A DNA stretch of 64,000 nucleotides from positions 4,682 to 68,681 of the forward strand of contig CAYXYJ010000006.1 of the NCBI GenBank assembly GCA_964469295.1, written 5' to 3'. A program made the position numbers and the translations under genes. This DNA comes from an uncultured Candidatus Saccharibacteria bacterium (GTDB lineage Bacteria; Patescibacteriota; Minisyncoccia; Phycocordibacterales; UBA918). Positions 29,222 through 38,565 of this stretch are shown here, piece after piece. Position 1 is the stretch's first letter. Each line of letters opens with the position of its first letter. A model generated the notes under the pieces. That model was not told the origin of the DNA, ran no database searches, and saw nothing but the letters and a program-made list of their open reading frames with translations.

Positions 29222-30031
29222 ATGAAACGCACAAAAATGACTATCCCAGTACTACTGATGGTTTTATTTCTCTTAAATAGTTACCAATTCCTTTCAGCTC
29301 AATGGGCACCACCAACGGCGACGGCCCCGGGTAACAACACTCCCGCACCGGTGAATGTGGGCTCGGCAGCCCAAACCAAAGAAGGTGTTCTTGGTTTGGA
29401 TTCCTTAGCGCTATTTTCTGCGAATCCCCGTGTTCAGTATGTTGATGAGACGGCCGGACAACGTGATTGGTGGACGTATTTAGATAACCAGGTATTCAGT
29501 TTTCTAGCGGATAGAAATGAAGACGGTACCTGGTCTGGTGAATCCCCGTATCCACTGCAAATGTTTGCGAGTACTTCGCCATCAGGTGATTGGGCGCGGT
29601 TTGGTGGTCAAGTACGATCAAATACATTTTGTGATTGGTTAGGTAATAATTGTTTTGCAGCAAGTGATGTCGCTGGTATCGTTAATGGTGGCGTGAGTTT
29701 TTATCCCAATGTTGGAGTGGTGCGTGTTGCTGGTTGGAATTCGTTTCCGTCTAATGCGACGACGTGGCCGGGTGGAACCAGTTTCACACCGGCTGGTTTG
29801 CCCAGTGGCAGTTTTGGCTCAGAATATAATGATGTGACGTTTACTAATGCTAGTTATGACGCTTGTTTTATCACTACAAACTATACACATATCCGTGATG
29901 ATGAACAATTTACTGGTGGTGGTGGTTGTGAGCTGACGCAAGTAAATGCCGGTACCGGAGAATGGCGATTGCGTGCTATGGCCGCAAAACGTAGTGTCAC
30001 TGAATGTAAAGCTAGCTGTATGAGTTTGTAA
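29222..30031 (+). CDS. secreted hypothetical protein (269 aa) with Pro/Asn-rich N-terminal motif and Gly/Trp-rich body, inserted between rplB and rpsS
   Basis: MKRTKMTIPVLLMVLFLLNSYQFLSAQW signal peptide, then APPTATAPGNNTPAPVNVGSAAQTKEGVLGL; perfect TATAAT ~10 bp upstream of the ATG. Confidence 0.65.
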   Translation: MKRTKMTIPVLLMVLFLLNSYQFLSAQWAPPTATAPGNNTPAPVNVGSAAQTKEGVLGLDSLALFSANPRVQYVDETAGQRDWWTYLDNQVFSFLADRNEDGTWSGESPYPLQMFASTSPSGDWARFGGQVRSNTFCDWLGNNCFAASDVAGIVNGGVSFYPNVGVVRVAGWNSFPSNATTWPGGTSFTPAGLPSGSFGSEYNDVTFTNASYDACFITTNYTHIRDDEQFTGGGGCELTQVNAGTGEWRLRAMAAKRSVTECKASCMSL

Positions 30032-30078
30032 TTGATGATTTTGACGAACTTGTTTTCTCTTCCCCCAAATACCAATTT

Positions 30079-30411
30079 TTATTGTTTTGATAAAAACTGT
30101 CCCGGTTTACGTTCGCGTTGATGCCACGTAAATAAGTGAAGGGCTTTATCGTGTTGCAGTGTCGTGATGAGTTGTGGCGCATCATGCGGATTGATAAGAT
30201 GTACGGCAATTTTTTGTACGCCAGTACCAGAGACAATAAGCTCAAAACCGCCGGTCGTAAAAACGGCGGTGATGTGACGTTTCCCCGACCGTTTTCCGTC
30301 AATGATGCCCGGGGCGATCATTTTAATCCCTGGCTGTTTGTAGAGGGCGCGGATTACCACCGCAGCAGTTTCAGTGACGGTAGTATGTTGTCGTCCGCGG
30401 GGTTTAGGCAT
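30079..30411 (-). CDS. hypothetical protein (110 aa); strand choice uncertain (overlapping + ORF 30136-30420)
   Basis: minus-strand ORF has ordinary globular composition; no family recognised. Confidence 0.3.
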   Translation of the reverse strand: MPKPRGRQHTTVTETAAVVIRALYKQPGIKMIAPGIIDGKRSGKRHITAVFTTGGFELIVSGTGVQKIAVHLINPHDAPQLITTLQHDKALHLFTWHQRERKPGQFLSKQ

Positions 30412-30815
30412 CTGAATTAGTATAGCAAGTTGTTCATGATAGCTTTTGTGTTATGCTCTAACTGGTCTTCGCTTCGAAATCCCTAGAACAATTAGCCCTC
30501 GGGAGCCTTCCGGTCCGTAGCTCGGTCAGGTGGAGATGGGGTAGGCGCGAAATGCCCGTATACCTGAGTAGGGGCGTTGACCACAAAACCACCACAGCGG
30601 TGGTTGTTTTTATTGACTTTTTTCTTTATTTCACGTACTATTGCGGACGTTCCAACCTCAATTTTGGTGTCCGTCACCAGAATGAAGTGTCAAAAGGAAG
30701 CAAAACCGAAGCGATGCGTATGGGGATCCCTGTTAAGGCCGGCCGTTACCTGTCTTTACGAGGGATTCTCATCACACCACACAATCATGTGTGGGTTTAT
30801 TTGTAACTAAATAGT

Positions 30816-31160
30816 ATGTCACGATCACTCTATAAAGGACCTTATGTTGACGAAAAGCTCCTCAAGAAGATCGCCGGAAAGAAACCCGGAGAGGGTGGTG
30901 TGATCAAGACCTGGGCGCGAGCAAGTCAAATTGCTCCCGAAATGGTCGGATTCACCTTTGGCGTTCATAATGGAAAAGAGCACATTGCTGTTACTGTCGC
31001 GGAAGAAATGGTAGGACATCGGTTTGGTGAATTCTCACCAACGAAGAAATTCCATCGTCACGGTGGTAAGATGCAAAAAGAACTTGAACAGAAGAAGAAA
31101 GAAGCTGAAATCGCTGCTGCAAAAGCTGCCAAAGCTTCTCCAGCAACTGGTAAGAAATAA
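30816..31160 (+). CDS. rpsS: 30S ribosomal protein S19 (with Lys/Ala-rich C-terminal tail)
   Basis: [18 protein letters not shown]...[18 protein letters not shown]. Confidence 0.92.
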   Translation: MSRSLYKGPYVDEKLLKKIAGKKPGEGGVIKTWARASQIAPEMVGFTFGVHNGKEHIAVTVAEEMVGHRFGEFSPTKKFHRHGGKMQKELEQKKKEAEIAAAKAAKASPATGKK

Positions 31161-31162
31161 AT

Positions 31163-31486
31163 ATGAAAGCAACTCTAAAAAATTATCGCCAGTCACCACG
31201 TAAAGTACGATTGGTTGCTGATGTGATTCGCGGCAAAAAAGTCGCCGTTGCTCAAAACGCTCTTAACTTTGTGGAAAAGCGAGCGGCAGTGCAATTCAGT
31301 AAATTATTGGCGTCAGCGGTGGCGAATGCCAAACAAGCTGGTGCCAATCCAGACCAGCTTATTGTAAAGTTTGTGTCAGTAGACAAGGCGCCAACCTTGA
31401 AACGATTCATGCCACGGGCTCGTGGTTCGGCTTCACGCATTAACAAGCGTTCTAGCCATATTACTATTGAACTCGGTATTAAATAA
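31163..31486 (+). CDS. rplV: 50S ribosomal protein L22
   Basis: 107 aa, ...YRQSPRKVRLVADVIRGKKV... Confidence 0.9.
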   Translation: MKATLKNYRQSPRKVRLVADVIRGKKVAVAQNALNFVEKRAAVQFSKLLASAVANAKQAGANPDQLIVKFVSVDKAPTLKRFMPRARGSASRINKRSSHITIELGIK

Positions 31487-31487
31487 T

Positions 31488-32216
31488 ATGACACACGTAG
31501 CACATCCATATGTACAGCGTGTCGGTATTATCCGCGACTGGAAAAGTCGTTGGTTTACTACCGATCCAAAGCAGTACCGCGAATACATTCGCGTTGACGC
31601 CGAGCTTCGTAAGTATCTCGGCAAGCGCCTCAAAGGCACATCAGTTGACGTCGTTGAAATTGAACGCAATCAAAAGACACTTCGCTTGATTATCAAAACG
31701 GCTCGTCCAGGATTGATTATTGGACGCAGTGGTGAAGGCGCAACGAAACTCAAGAAAGATGTTGATATGTTCTTGCGTAAAGCACAGCTCATTTCAAAAC
31801 CAGAAATTAAGATTGACATCGAAGAAATTCGTTCTCCAGAATCTAGTGCCAACGTCGTTGGACAAATGATTGCAGAAGGACTCGAAAAGCGCATGACATT
31901 TCGTCGGGTGATGAAGCAAACGATTGAAAAAGTCATGGCGAATCGTGATGTGAAAGGAGTTCGTATTAAGCTATCTGGCCGTCTTGGTGGGGCTGATATG
32001 GCTCGCATTGAGGAATTAAAGAAGGGTCGAATCCCTCTACAAACTCTCCGTGCTGATATTGATTTTGCTCGAGTGACGGCTCGGTTGCCGTACGGAGCGA
32101 TTGGTATCAAAGTATGGATTTACAAAGGTGATATCTTTGGTGATCGCAAGGCTGGTCAAGAACAAGCCAAATCACGAGATAACGACACTAGAGATCGTGC
32201 ACCACGTAACCGATAA
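31488..32216 (+). CDS. rpsC: 30S ribosomal protein S3
   Basis: MTHVAHPYVQRVGIIRDWKSRWF... (KH domain); start at ATG 31488 within the 31422 ORF, 1 nt after rplV stop. Confidence 0.9.
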   Translation: MTHVAHPYVQRVGIIRDWKSRWFTTDPKQYREYIRVDAELRKYLGKRLKGTSVDVVEIERNQKTLRLIIKTARPGLIIGRSGEGATKLKKDVDMFLRKAQLISKPEIKIDIEEIRSPESSANVVGQMIAEGLEKRMTFRRVMKQTIEKVMANRDVKGVRIKLSGRLGGADMARIEELKKGRIPLQTLRADIDFARVTARLPYGAIGIKVWIYKGDIFGDRKAGQEQAKSRDNDTRDRAPRNR

Positions 32217-32221
32217 TTGCT

Positions 32222-32659
32222 ATGTTATTTCCTAAAAAAGTAAAACACCGCAAGTGGCAAACTGGCCGCAAAAGCGAAGCAAAATTACAGCGACCAGCGA
32301 CTCGTGGCATTACGGTTGCGTTTGGTGAGTTTGGTCTTCAGGCGACAACCCCATCTCGAGTGCGTTCGAATCAAATCGAAGCGGCTCGTCGCGTTATTTC
32401 TCGCACTATCGGTAAAACTGGCCAAGTTTTCATCCGTATTTTCCCCGATAAACCGGTCACAAAAAAAGCGGCTGAAGTACCGATGGGTAAAGGAAAAGGC
32501 GACCTTGATCACTATGTGTTTGAAGTTGAACCCGGCCGCATCATCTTTGAAGTGAAAGGAGTAACTGAAGAATTGGCACGCAAAGCGTTGCGTAAGTCAG
32601 TGAATAAGTTGCCATTAAAAGCAAAAGTCGTTCACAAAAGTGAAACGATTGCCAAGTAA
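32222..32659 (+). CDS. rplP: 50S ribosomal protein L16
   Basis: 145 aa, MLFPKKVKHRKWQTGRK... Confidence 0.92.
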   Translation: MLFPKKVKHRKWQTGRKSEAKLQRPATRGITVAFGEFGLQATTPSRVRSNQIEAARRVISRTIGKTGQVFIRIFPDKPVTKKAAEVPMGKGKGDLDHYVFEVEPGRIIFEVKGVTEELARKALRKSVNKLPLKAKVVHKSETIAK

Positions 32660-32670
32660 GTACTATTTGT

Positions 32671-32868
32671 ATGAAATACGAAGATATCACAAAAAAGACT
32701 GACTCGGAATTAATCGATACCGTTTTGGCGGCTCGTAAAGAACTTCAGACCGAACGGTTGAAAGATCGTTTCACCAAAAAAGCTTCAATTATTCGCGCCG
32801 CCAAATTGACGGTTGCTCAAGCACTCACTGAGATGAAGGCCAGAGCTCGTCGTGGTGACACCAAGTAA
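32671..32868 (+). CDS. rpmC: 50S ribosomal protein L29
   Basis: 65 aa, ...ELQTERLKDRF... Confidence 0.85.
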   Translation: MKYEDITKKTDSELIDTVLAARKELQTERLKDRFTKKASIIRAAKLTVAQALTEMKARARRGDTK

Positions 32869-32876
32869 TACTGGTT

Positions 32877-33125
32877 ATGACAACAGAAACAGTAAACAAG
32901 GGTCGAGTATTACGCGGAACAGTAGTGTCAACCAAAATGAAAGACACCATCACTGTTGCCGTCGAACGATACGTCATGCACCCAAAGTATAAGAAGTTCA
33001 TGCGTCGTACCAAGAAATTCTTGGTACACGATGCGGGAAATACCGCTAAAGAAGGCACGATTGTTGATATTCAGGAAACTCGTCCGTTATCAAAACGTAA
33101 GCGCTTTACGCTTATTACCAAGTAA
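32877..33125 (+). CDS. rpsQ: 30S ribosomal protein S17
   Basis: 82 aa, ...RVLRGTVVSTKMKDTITVAVERYVMHPKYKKF... Confidence 0.9.
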   Translation: MTTETVNKGRVLRGTVVSTKMKDTITVAVERYVMHPKYKKFMRRTKKFLVHDAGNTAKEGTIVDIQETRPLSKRKRFTLITK

Positions 33126-33137
33126 TTAATTCACGGT

Positions 33138-33509
33138 ATGATTCAACCACAGACAATTGTCCGCATTACGGACAACTCAGGTGCCAAGGTCGGACGTGTT
33201 TTCAAGATTCTTGGTGGTTCAAAAAAGCGTTACGCTGAGCTTGGAGAGATGGTAGTACTGGCTGTACAAACCGCAGAACCTCGCAAAGCGGTAAAGAAGA
33301 AGGATGTCGTATACGGCGTTGTTGTTCGTCAGGTAAAGCCCTATCGTCGTAAAGACGGTTCATATGTGAGCTTTGACGACAATGCCGTGGTACTCGTTGA
33401 CAAAGTAAAAAAAGAGCCGAAAGCAAACCGCGTCTTTGGTCCAATCCCACGCGAACTTGCCGAAGCTGGTTATCAGAAAATCGTCTCATTGGCCCCCGAG
33501 GTCGTGTAG
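33138..33509 (+). CDS. rplN: 50S ribosomal protein L14
   Basis: 123 aa, MIQPQTIVRITDNSGAK... Confidence 0.93.
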   Translation: MIQPQTIVRITDNSGAKVGRVFKILGGSKKRYAELGEMVVLAVQTAEPRKAVKKKDVVYGVVVRQVKPYRRKDGSYVSFDDNAVVLVDKVKKEPKANRVFGPIPRELAEAGYQKIVSLAPEVV

Positions 33510-33527
33510 TCGCCTAAGATACTTCAT

Positions 33528-33839
33528 ATGAAAATCAAAAAAGGAGACACGGTAAAAGTGATTGCCGGCAAAGACAAGGGAAAGACGGGAACAGTGTTAC
33601 TAACACTAGCTGCCACGAATCAGGTTGTTATTGAGGGAGTTAATGTAGCAACGAAACACCAAAAAAATCGTCGGCTTCGTTCCCAAGGACAGATTATTGA
33701 GAAAAGCATGCCGATTGATGCGTCTAATGTAGCTCTGATGGAAGGAAATAAGACCGTTCGTGTGGGCTACATCTTTGACGGTGAAGGGGACAAGCGTAAA
33801 AAAGTACGCGTCGCTCGCCCGAGTGGTAAAAAAATCTAA
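33528..33839 (+). CDS. rplX: 50S ribosomal protein L24
   Basis: 103 aa, MKIKKGDTVKVIAGKDKGKTG... (KOW). Confidence 0.9.
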   Translation: MKIKKGDTVKVIAGKDKGKTGTVLLTLAATNQVVIEGVNVATKHQKNRRLRSQGQIIEKSMPIDASNVALMEGNKTVRVGYIFDGEGDKRKKVRVARPSGKKI

Positions 33840-34384
33840 TGCGTATGGAAACAACAAAACAAAAAATCACTACAGCATTTACTGCCATGAAAGGCACATT
33901 TGGCTATAGTAATGTGATGCAAACACCACGTCTACAAAAAGTCGTTGTGTCAGTTGGTACCGGTCGCGTATCAGATAAGCACCGAGAGGCGTTGATCGTT
34001 GACCGATTATCGGTGATTACTGGACAAAAACCATCAGCCCGTCCGGCCAAGCAATCAATCGCTTCGTTTAAGTTGCGAGAAGGTGAAATCATTGGATATC
34101 AGGTGACATTACGAGGTAGTCGCATGATGCACTTTGTTGATAAACTCATTCATTTGGCATTGCCACAAACTCGCGATTTTCGTGGGCTAAAAGTCACTGC
34201 CATTGATGATATGGGAAATATCACGATTGGCATTAAAGACAACACTATTTTCCCTGAATGTGCAGAAGAAGAGTTAAAAGATGTTTTTGGTCTCGCTATT
34301 ACGATTGTGACAACAGCAAAAAGTAAAGCTGAAGCCGAAGCGTTTTTGCGCCATATTGGCTTGCCATTGCAAAAAGCTGAATAG
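33839..34384 (+). CDS. rplE: 50S ribosomal protein L5
   Basis: 181 aa, ...RLQKVVVSVGTG... Confidence 0.9.
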   Translation: MRMETTKQKITTAFTAMKGTFGYSNVMQTPRLQKVVVSVGTGRVSDKHREALIVDRLSVITGQKPSARPAKQSIASFKLREGEIIGYQVTLRGSRMMHFVDKLIHLALPQTRDFRGLKVTAIDDMGNITIGIKDNTIFPECAEEELKDVFGLAITIVTTAKSKAEAEAFLRHIGLPLQKAE

Positions 34385-34432
34385 CTTTTTAGAAAGCAAA
34401 GAGTTTTGCTTTTAGCTAAGATAGAAATATAC

Positions 34433-34472
34433 AAAACAGCACCGCGGGCGTACGCCCGCGGTGCTGTTTTGC
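34433..34472 (+). terminator. intrinsic terminator after rplE (18-bp perfect stem)
   Basis: aaaacagcaccgcgggcg ta cgcccgcggtgctgtttt. Confidence 0.75.
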
Positions 34473-34636
34473 CGTCTGATAAAAGATAAATAAACTGAAT
34501 AAAGTGCGACTCACTAAGAAGTATTAAAAAGTCAAAAAAGAGCGTCCCATTATTAAAATTAAAGCAGTATAGAAATCGGCCCCTCAAGGTAGAGGGGCCG
34601 AGTCGTTGAGGGACATTTCCCTCGCTGGGGCGGCGC

Positions 34637-35638
34637 TTAGGCGCCAAAGAACGTTCGGGCGAAGATTACGATGATCTGTCCGAAGCCGCGGACGACTTCG
34701 GACGAGACCCCAGTGCCAGACAGTTCGCCGTCGACCGAGACGTTGACATAGACACCGTCGACGCTGCGACCCGAGTTCGTGAGGCGCAGGGTGCCGACGA
34801 TGCCGTCCACCACCGCAAACGGATCTGCCGCCGCAAACGGGTCCGCCCCGCCGACGCCGGGGACGACCAGATTCAGCTGGTATTCCTGCTGGTGGTCAGC
34901 CGCGTCAACGTCGACAAGCGGCATGTTTCCTTCGAGGCGATATGAGATGTCCCCGCACCGAACATCGAACTCCATTTGCCAGGCGCCGTTGGCGTAGGCG
35001 TAGATGGCGTCGCCGGTCCAGCTGCAGGATTCGGTGTTGCCAAGTCCGACGTGCGGGATGGTGAAATTGTCGAACCGGACAGCGTCGAGCGCCGTGTCGT
35101 ATTCGACCGCCTCCCCGCCCGCCGCCGCTTCTTGCAGATTCTCGATCAGCCGCTGCCCGAGGGCAAGGGCCGATGCCGAGGGATTCTCGGGTGCCATGAC
35201 GAGGGAACCACCGAAATGGCTGTTCTCGGCACTGGCGGCCCCGGCGCGCAGGTAGTTTGCCAGGATGGTGGTGGCGTCCGTGTAGCCATCTTCGCCCGCC
35301 AACACGGTGAAGCCGCCGTTGTATTGCAGACGCGGGAGCGTCTGGGCGAGGTTGTTTGGGTTCTTGATGAGCCCGTTGCCGGTTACTGCACAGGCCTCAT
35401 CGACCCGCGACAGCCCGAGCCAGGCCGAGCTGCCGGCCGAGCACTCGATCGTCAGGGCCGTCCTGCCCGAGGCGTCGTCGATGGTGCCGGTAAACCTGTC
35501 ATGCTGGTCGCTGTCGAAAAGGGACGGTTGGTTCACCGTCAGGGTGATATCGGCCGTGACTGGGACGGTCTGGGCCATGATGGGGCCAGCCAGGATAGCC
35601 AGAATCACGCCGGCAACGGCCAAGAAGAGTTTGGACAT
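34637..35638 (-). CDS. secreted hypothetical protein (333 aa), strongly GC-anomalous (~60%+ GC), antisense to the spc operon
   Basis: signal peptide MSKLFLAVAGVILAILAGPIMAQT; Gly/Ala/Asp-rich; local GC far above flanking ribosomal genes; hairpin cggcccctc/gaggggccg just past its stop. Confidence 0.65.
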   Translation of the reverse strand: MSKLFLAVAGVILAILAGPIMAQTVPVTADITLTVNQPSLFDSDQHDRFTGTIDDASGRTALTIECSAGSSAWLGLSRVDEACAVTGNGLIKNPNNLAQTLPRLQYNGGFTVLAGEDGYTDATTILANYLRAGAASAENSHFGGSLVMAPENPSASALALGQRLIENLQEAAAGGEAVEYDTALDAVRFDNFTIPHVGLGNTESCSWTGDAIYAYANGAWQMEFDVRCGDISYRLEGNMPLVDVDAADHQQEYQLNLVVPGVGGADPFAAADPFAVVDGIVGTLRLTNSGRSVDGVYVNVSVDGELSGTGVSSEVVRGFGQIIVIFARTFFGA

Positions 35639-35783
35639 TATTTCCCTTTCCTTTTGTTTGAGAGGCACTTCGGTCAAAGAACCAAAGACCAAGAGCCGGC
35701 GGCAACAGTATCAACAATATATACGTTTGTCAATGGTACGGTACGGCGTCCTCACTGCGGGTTCGGCTTCGCTCCTAAAAACC

Positions 35784-35811
35784 TTGCAAAATAGTACTTT
35801 TCTGGTACTAT
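35784..35811 (+). promoter_or_regulatory. putative promoter for rpsN...secY (TTGCAA-N16-TACTAT) followed by hairpin-rich leader
   Basis: ttgcaa 35784-35789, tactat 35806-35811; leader hairpins ggcgaaac ttc gtttcgcc (~35876-35896) and tcaccg attc gcggtga. Confidence 0.45.
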
Positions 35812-35975
35812 TGTCGTCGAACTGTGCGGTTTTAATTCTTTTTAAGAAAAACCGGATGGTGTGTTGTTTGGGTAGCGGCGAAACTTCGTTTCGCCGCGCT
35901 ATGACCTAAGGAGCATATTTATTAGGGGGCACGTCACCGATTCGCGGTGATACGGCTTCATAACATACAAATCAA

Positions 35976-36161
35976 GTGGCACGAACATCAGTAAAGGTGC
36001 GCGCAGCGCGTACCCCGAAGTATGCTTCACGCGTCGTAAGACGATGTAAGCTCTGTGGGCGAAAGCACGGCTATTTGCGTGATTTTGACATTTGTCGAAT
36101 CTGCTTCCGTGAACTCGCACATGAAGGACAGATACCAGGTATAAAGAAATCATCATGGTAG
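35976..36161 (+). CDS. rpsN: 30S ribosomal protein S14, Zn-binding type Z (61 aa), GTG start
   Basis: [61 protein letters not shown] with CxxC...CxxC. Confidence 0.9.
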   Translation: MARTSVKVRAARTPKYASRVVRRCKLCGRKHGYLRDFDICRICFRELAHEGQIPGIKKSSW

Positions 36162-36550
36162 GCGACGTAATTGGCGATTTCATTATCCGTCTGAAAAATG
36201 CTGGAACAGTTGGTCATGCTAATGTTTCGGTTCCATATTCAAAGCTCCGCCATGCGGTAGCCAAGAAATTGGTAGAGGCTGGATACATTGAATCAGTAGA
36301 GCCAAAAGGCAAAACTACAGCAGAAAAGACGCTTGAGGTCACACTCAAGTACGAAGATGGTGCACATCGTATTAACGGAGTAAAACGCATCAGTAAACCG
36401 GGGCGCCGTTTGTACGCAAAGGTCGAATCTATTCATCAAGTAAAGTTTGGTAAGGGTCATCTCATCCTTTCAACACCGCTTGGCATTCTCACAAATGTGG
36501 AAGCCAAAGCGCAAAATGTTGGCGGTGAGCAACTCTTTATCATTTGGTAA
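36155..36550 (+). CDS. rpsH: 30S ribosomal protein S8
   Basis: 131 aa; overlaps rpsN stop by 7 nt. Confidence 0.9.
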   Translation: MVGDVIGDFIIRLKNAGTVGHANVSVPYSKLRHAVAKKLVEAGYIESVEPKGKTTAEKTLEVTLKYEDGAHRINGVKRISKPGRRLYAKVESIHQVKFGKGHLILSTPLGILTNVEAKAQNVGGEQLFIIW

Positions 36551-36552
36551 TT

Positions 36553-37083
36553 ATGAGTCGTTTAGGAAAACAACCAGTAACAATCCCGGCCGGTGTCGAG
36601 ATATCAGTTACTGACGGAATTTTGACCGTAAAAGGAGCAAAAGGAACGCTCACTCGGACTGTACGAGCTGATGTCACCGTTACCGTTGATAACGGTGTGG
36701 TGACGCTTACCCCAAATAAAACAGAAATGGCGCCCGCATTATGGGGAACATACGCTGCTCATGTCCGCAATATGATTACTGGTGTGAGTACCGGTTTTAC
36801 GAAGATTCTCGATATTGAAGGAGTCGGATACCGCGCTGAAGTAAAGGGAACCGATCTCTCACTCAACATGGGATATTCTCATCCGGTGGTGCTGGCGATT
36901 CCGGCGGGTGTCACGGCTGTAGTAGAGAAGTCAGCGATCACTCTCTCGTCACATGATATTGAATTACTCGGGCAATTTGCAGCTAATGTGCGCAAAGTGC
37001 GTGAACCAGAACCATATAAAGGAAAAGGAATTCGGTATCGTGGAGAGTTTATTATTCGTAAACAAGGTAAGAAGGCTGTCTAG
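36553..37083 (+). CDS. rplF: 50S ribosomal protein L6
   Basis: MSRLGKQPVTIPAGVEISV...; start at ATG 36553. Confidence 0.9.
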   Translation: MSRLGKQPVTIPAGVEISVTDGILTVKGAKGTLTRTVRADVTVTVDNGVVTLTPNKTEMAPALWGTYAAHVRNMITGVSTGFTKILDIEGVGYRAEVKGTDLSLNMGYSHPVVLAIPAGVTAVVEKSAITLSSHDIELLGQFAANVRKVREPEPYKGKGIRYRGEFIIRKQGKKAV

Positions 37084-37095
37084 CCCATCTCTCGT

Positions 37096-37443
37096 ATGGA
37101 AAAAAATCAATACAAGCAGGCAAAGCGCGCTGGCCGACATACCCGGATTCGCGCCAAAATTACTGGCACTGCAGACCGTCCTCGTCTCGCTGTCTTTAAG
37201 AGTAACCGTTTCGTATACGTCCAACTTATTGATGATACGAAAGGGGTAACATTGGCCGCGGCTGATTCACGAAGCCACAAAGGGACCATGACTGAAGGCG
37301 CCGTCGCTATTGGAACGGCAATTGCCAAACAAGCGACTGATAAAGGGATTAAGACAGTTGTTTTTGACCGCGGCGGATTCAAGTATCAAGGACTGATTGC
37401 GGCGTTGGCTGACAGTGCTCGCGCTGGCGGATTGGCGTTCTAA
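37096..37443 (+). CDS. rplR: 50S ribosomal protein L18
   Basis: 115 aa, ...[20 protein letters not shown]... Confidence 0.9.
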   Translation: MEKNQYKQAKRAGRHTRIRAKITGTADRPRLAVFKSNRFVYVQLIDDTKGVTLAAADSRSHKGTMTEGAVAIGTAIAKQATDKGIKTVVFDRGGFKYQGLIAALADSARAGGLAF

Positions 37444-37475
37444 AACGCATCTTTATTCACATAGACACAATACAT

Positions 37476-38096
37476 ATGTCACAGCAGGAAGCTACAACTG
37501 ATGTTGAAACAACATCACCAGCAGTGGAAGTAACACCCACTCCCGATGCACCGGCTACTGACGCAACGACTGAACGTCGTCCGCGTCGTGGTGGAGATCG
37601 TGGGGAACGTGGATCACGTCGTCCGCGTCGTGGCGGTAGTGCTCGACCGGAACGGACACGTCCGGAGTTTGATCAAAAAATTATCAGTATTCGCCGGGTT
37701 ACTCGTGTGATGGCCGGCGGACGTCGCTTCAGTTTTTCTGTTGCTATCGTTTGCGGTGATAAACGCGGTCGAGTTGGTGTTGGTATCGGCAAAGCCGGTG
37801 ATACCCAACTGGCGATTGAAAAAGCCGTCCGTGATGCGAAAAAGCACATGATTACCATCCCAATGAACAAGGATAGTCACATTCCGCATGACGTTCATAC
37901 TAAATATGCGTCAACCGAGGTGATGATTATGCCAGCACCGGGCCGAGGATTGGTGGCTGGTTCGTCGGTACGAACCGTACTTGAATTGGGAGGAGTCAAA
38001 GATGTTACTGCGAAAATTTTCTCTCGCAGTAAAAACAAACTTAACAATGCTCGCGCTGCTGTCGAAGCGCTCAAGCTTTTAAAGAAGTCAAAATAA
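37476..38096 (+). CDS. rpsE: 30S ribosomal protein S5 with ~60-aa low-complexity (T/P/A/R-rich) N-terminal extension
   Basis: core ...IISIRRVTRVMAGGRRFSFSVAIVCGDKRGRVGVGIGKA...; rplO follows directly, no rpmD (L30) gene. Confidence 0.9.
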   Translation: MSQQEATTDVETTSPAVEVTPTPDAPATDATTERRPRRGGDRGERGSRRPRRGGSARPERTRPEFDQKIISIRRVTRVMAGGRRFSFSVAIVCGDKRGRVGVGIGKAGDTQLAIEKAVRDAKKHMITIPMNKDSHIPHDVHTKYASTEVMIMPAPGRGLVAGSSVRTVLELGGVKDVTAKIFSRSKNKLNNARAAVEALKLLKKSK

Positions 38097-38097
38097 T

Positions 38098-38547
38098 ATG
38101 CAGCTTCATGAACTTACTCCGGCAACAATCCGGAAGACAGCCAAGCGCATTGGACGTGGTGGTAAGCGCGGCAAGACGTCTGGTCGTGGTGGAAAAGGAC
38201 AAACCGCTCGTGCTGGTAACAGTACTCGTCCAGAAATGCGTGATTTTATCAAGAAATTGCCAAAGCTTCGTGGTCATGGTGTGAACCGTGCGGCGACAGT
38301 AAACGCCGAACGAGTGCGAGCTATCGCGGTTAATGTCTCAACTTTAGACGCCGCGTTTGCAGCAGGTGATACCGTCACTCCAAAAACTTTGGTGGCCATG
38401 AAAGTAACGACATTGGTGGCAAAACGAGCGCCAAAAGTAAAAATTCTTGCTACTGGCGAGATCACCAAAGCGCTCACCATTGAGGGGTGCGACATATCGG
38501 CAACGGCCAAGACAAAAATTGAAAAAGCTGGCGGAAAGGTGCTTTAA
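38098..38547 (+). CDS. rplO: 50S ribosomal protein L15
   Basis: 149 aa, ...GRGGKRGKTSGRGGKGQTARAG... Confidence 0.9.
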   Translation: MQLHELTPATIRKTAKRIGRGGKRGKTSGRGGKGQTARAGNSTRPEMRDFIKKLPKLRGHGVNRAATVNAERVRAIAVNVSTLDAAFAAGDTVTPKTLVAMKVTTLVAKRAPKVKILATGEITKALTIEGCDISATAKTKIEKAGGKVL

Positions 38548-38565
38548 TCGTTACAATAGTCTCAT

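Noticed and set aside
30490-30610. SRP (4.5S/Ffs) RNA on the minus strand (CGGACC-GGAA-GGCUCC)
   Set aside because: Only the GGAA apex resembles the consensus, and the flanking helix-8 pairing does not form. It is left as an unassigned leader.
34976-35909. Long + strand ORFs (272 aa, 200 aa, 83 aa) overlapping the 34637-35638 gene
   Set aside because: They are antisense to a better ORF with a signal peptide. High GC suppresses stop codons, so they are artefacts.
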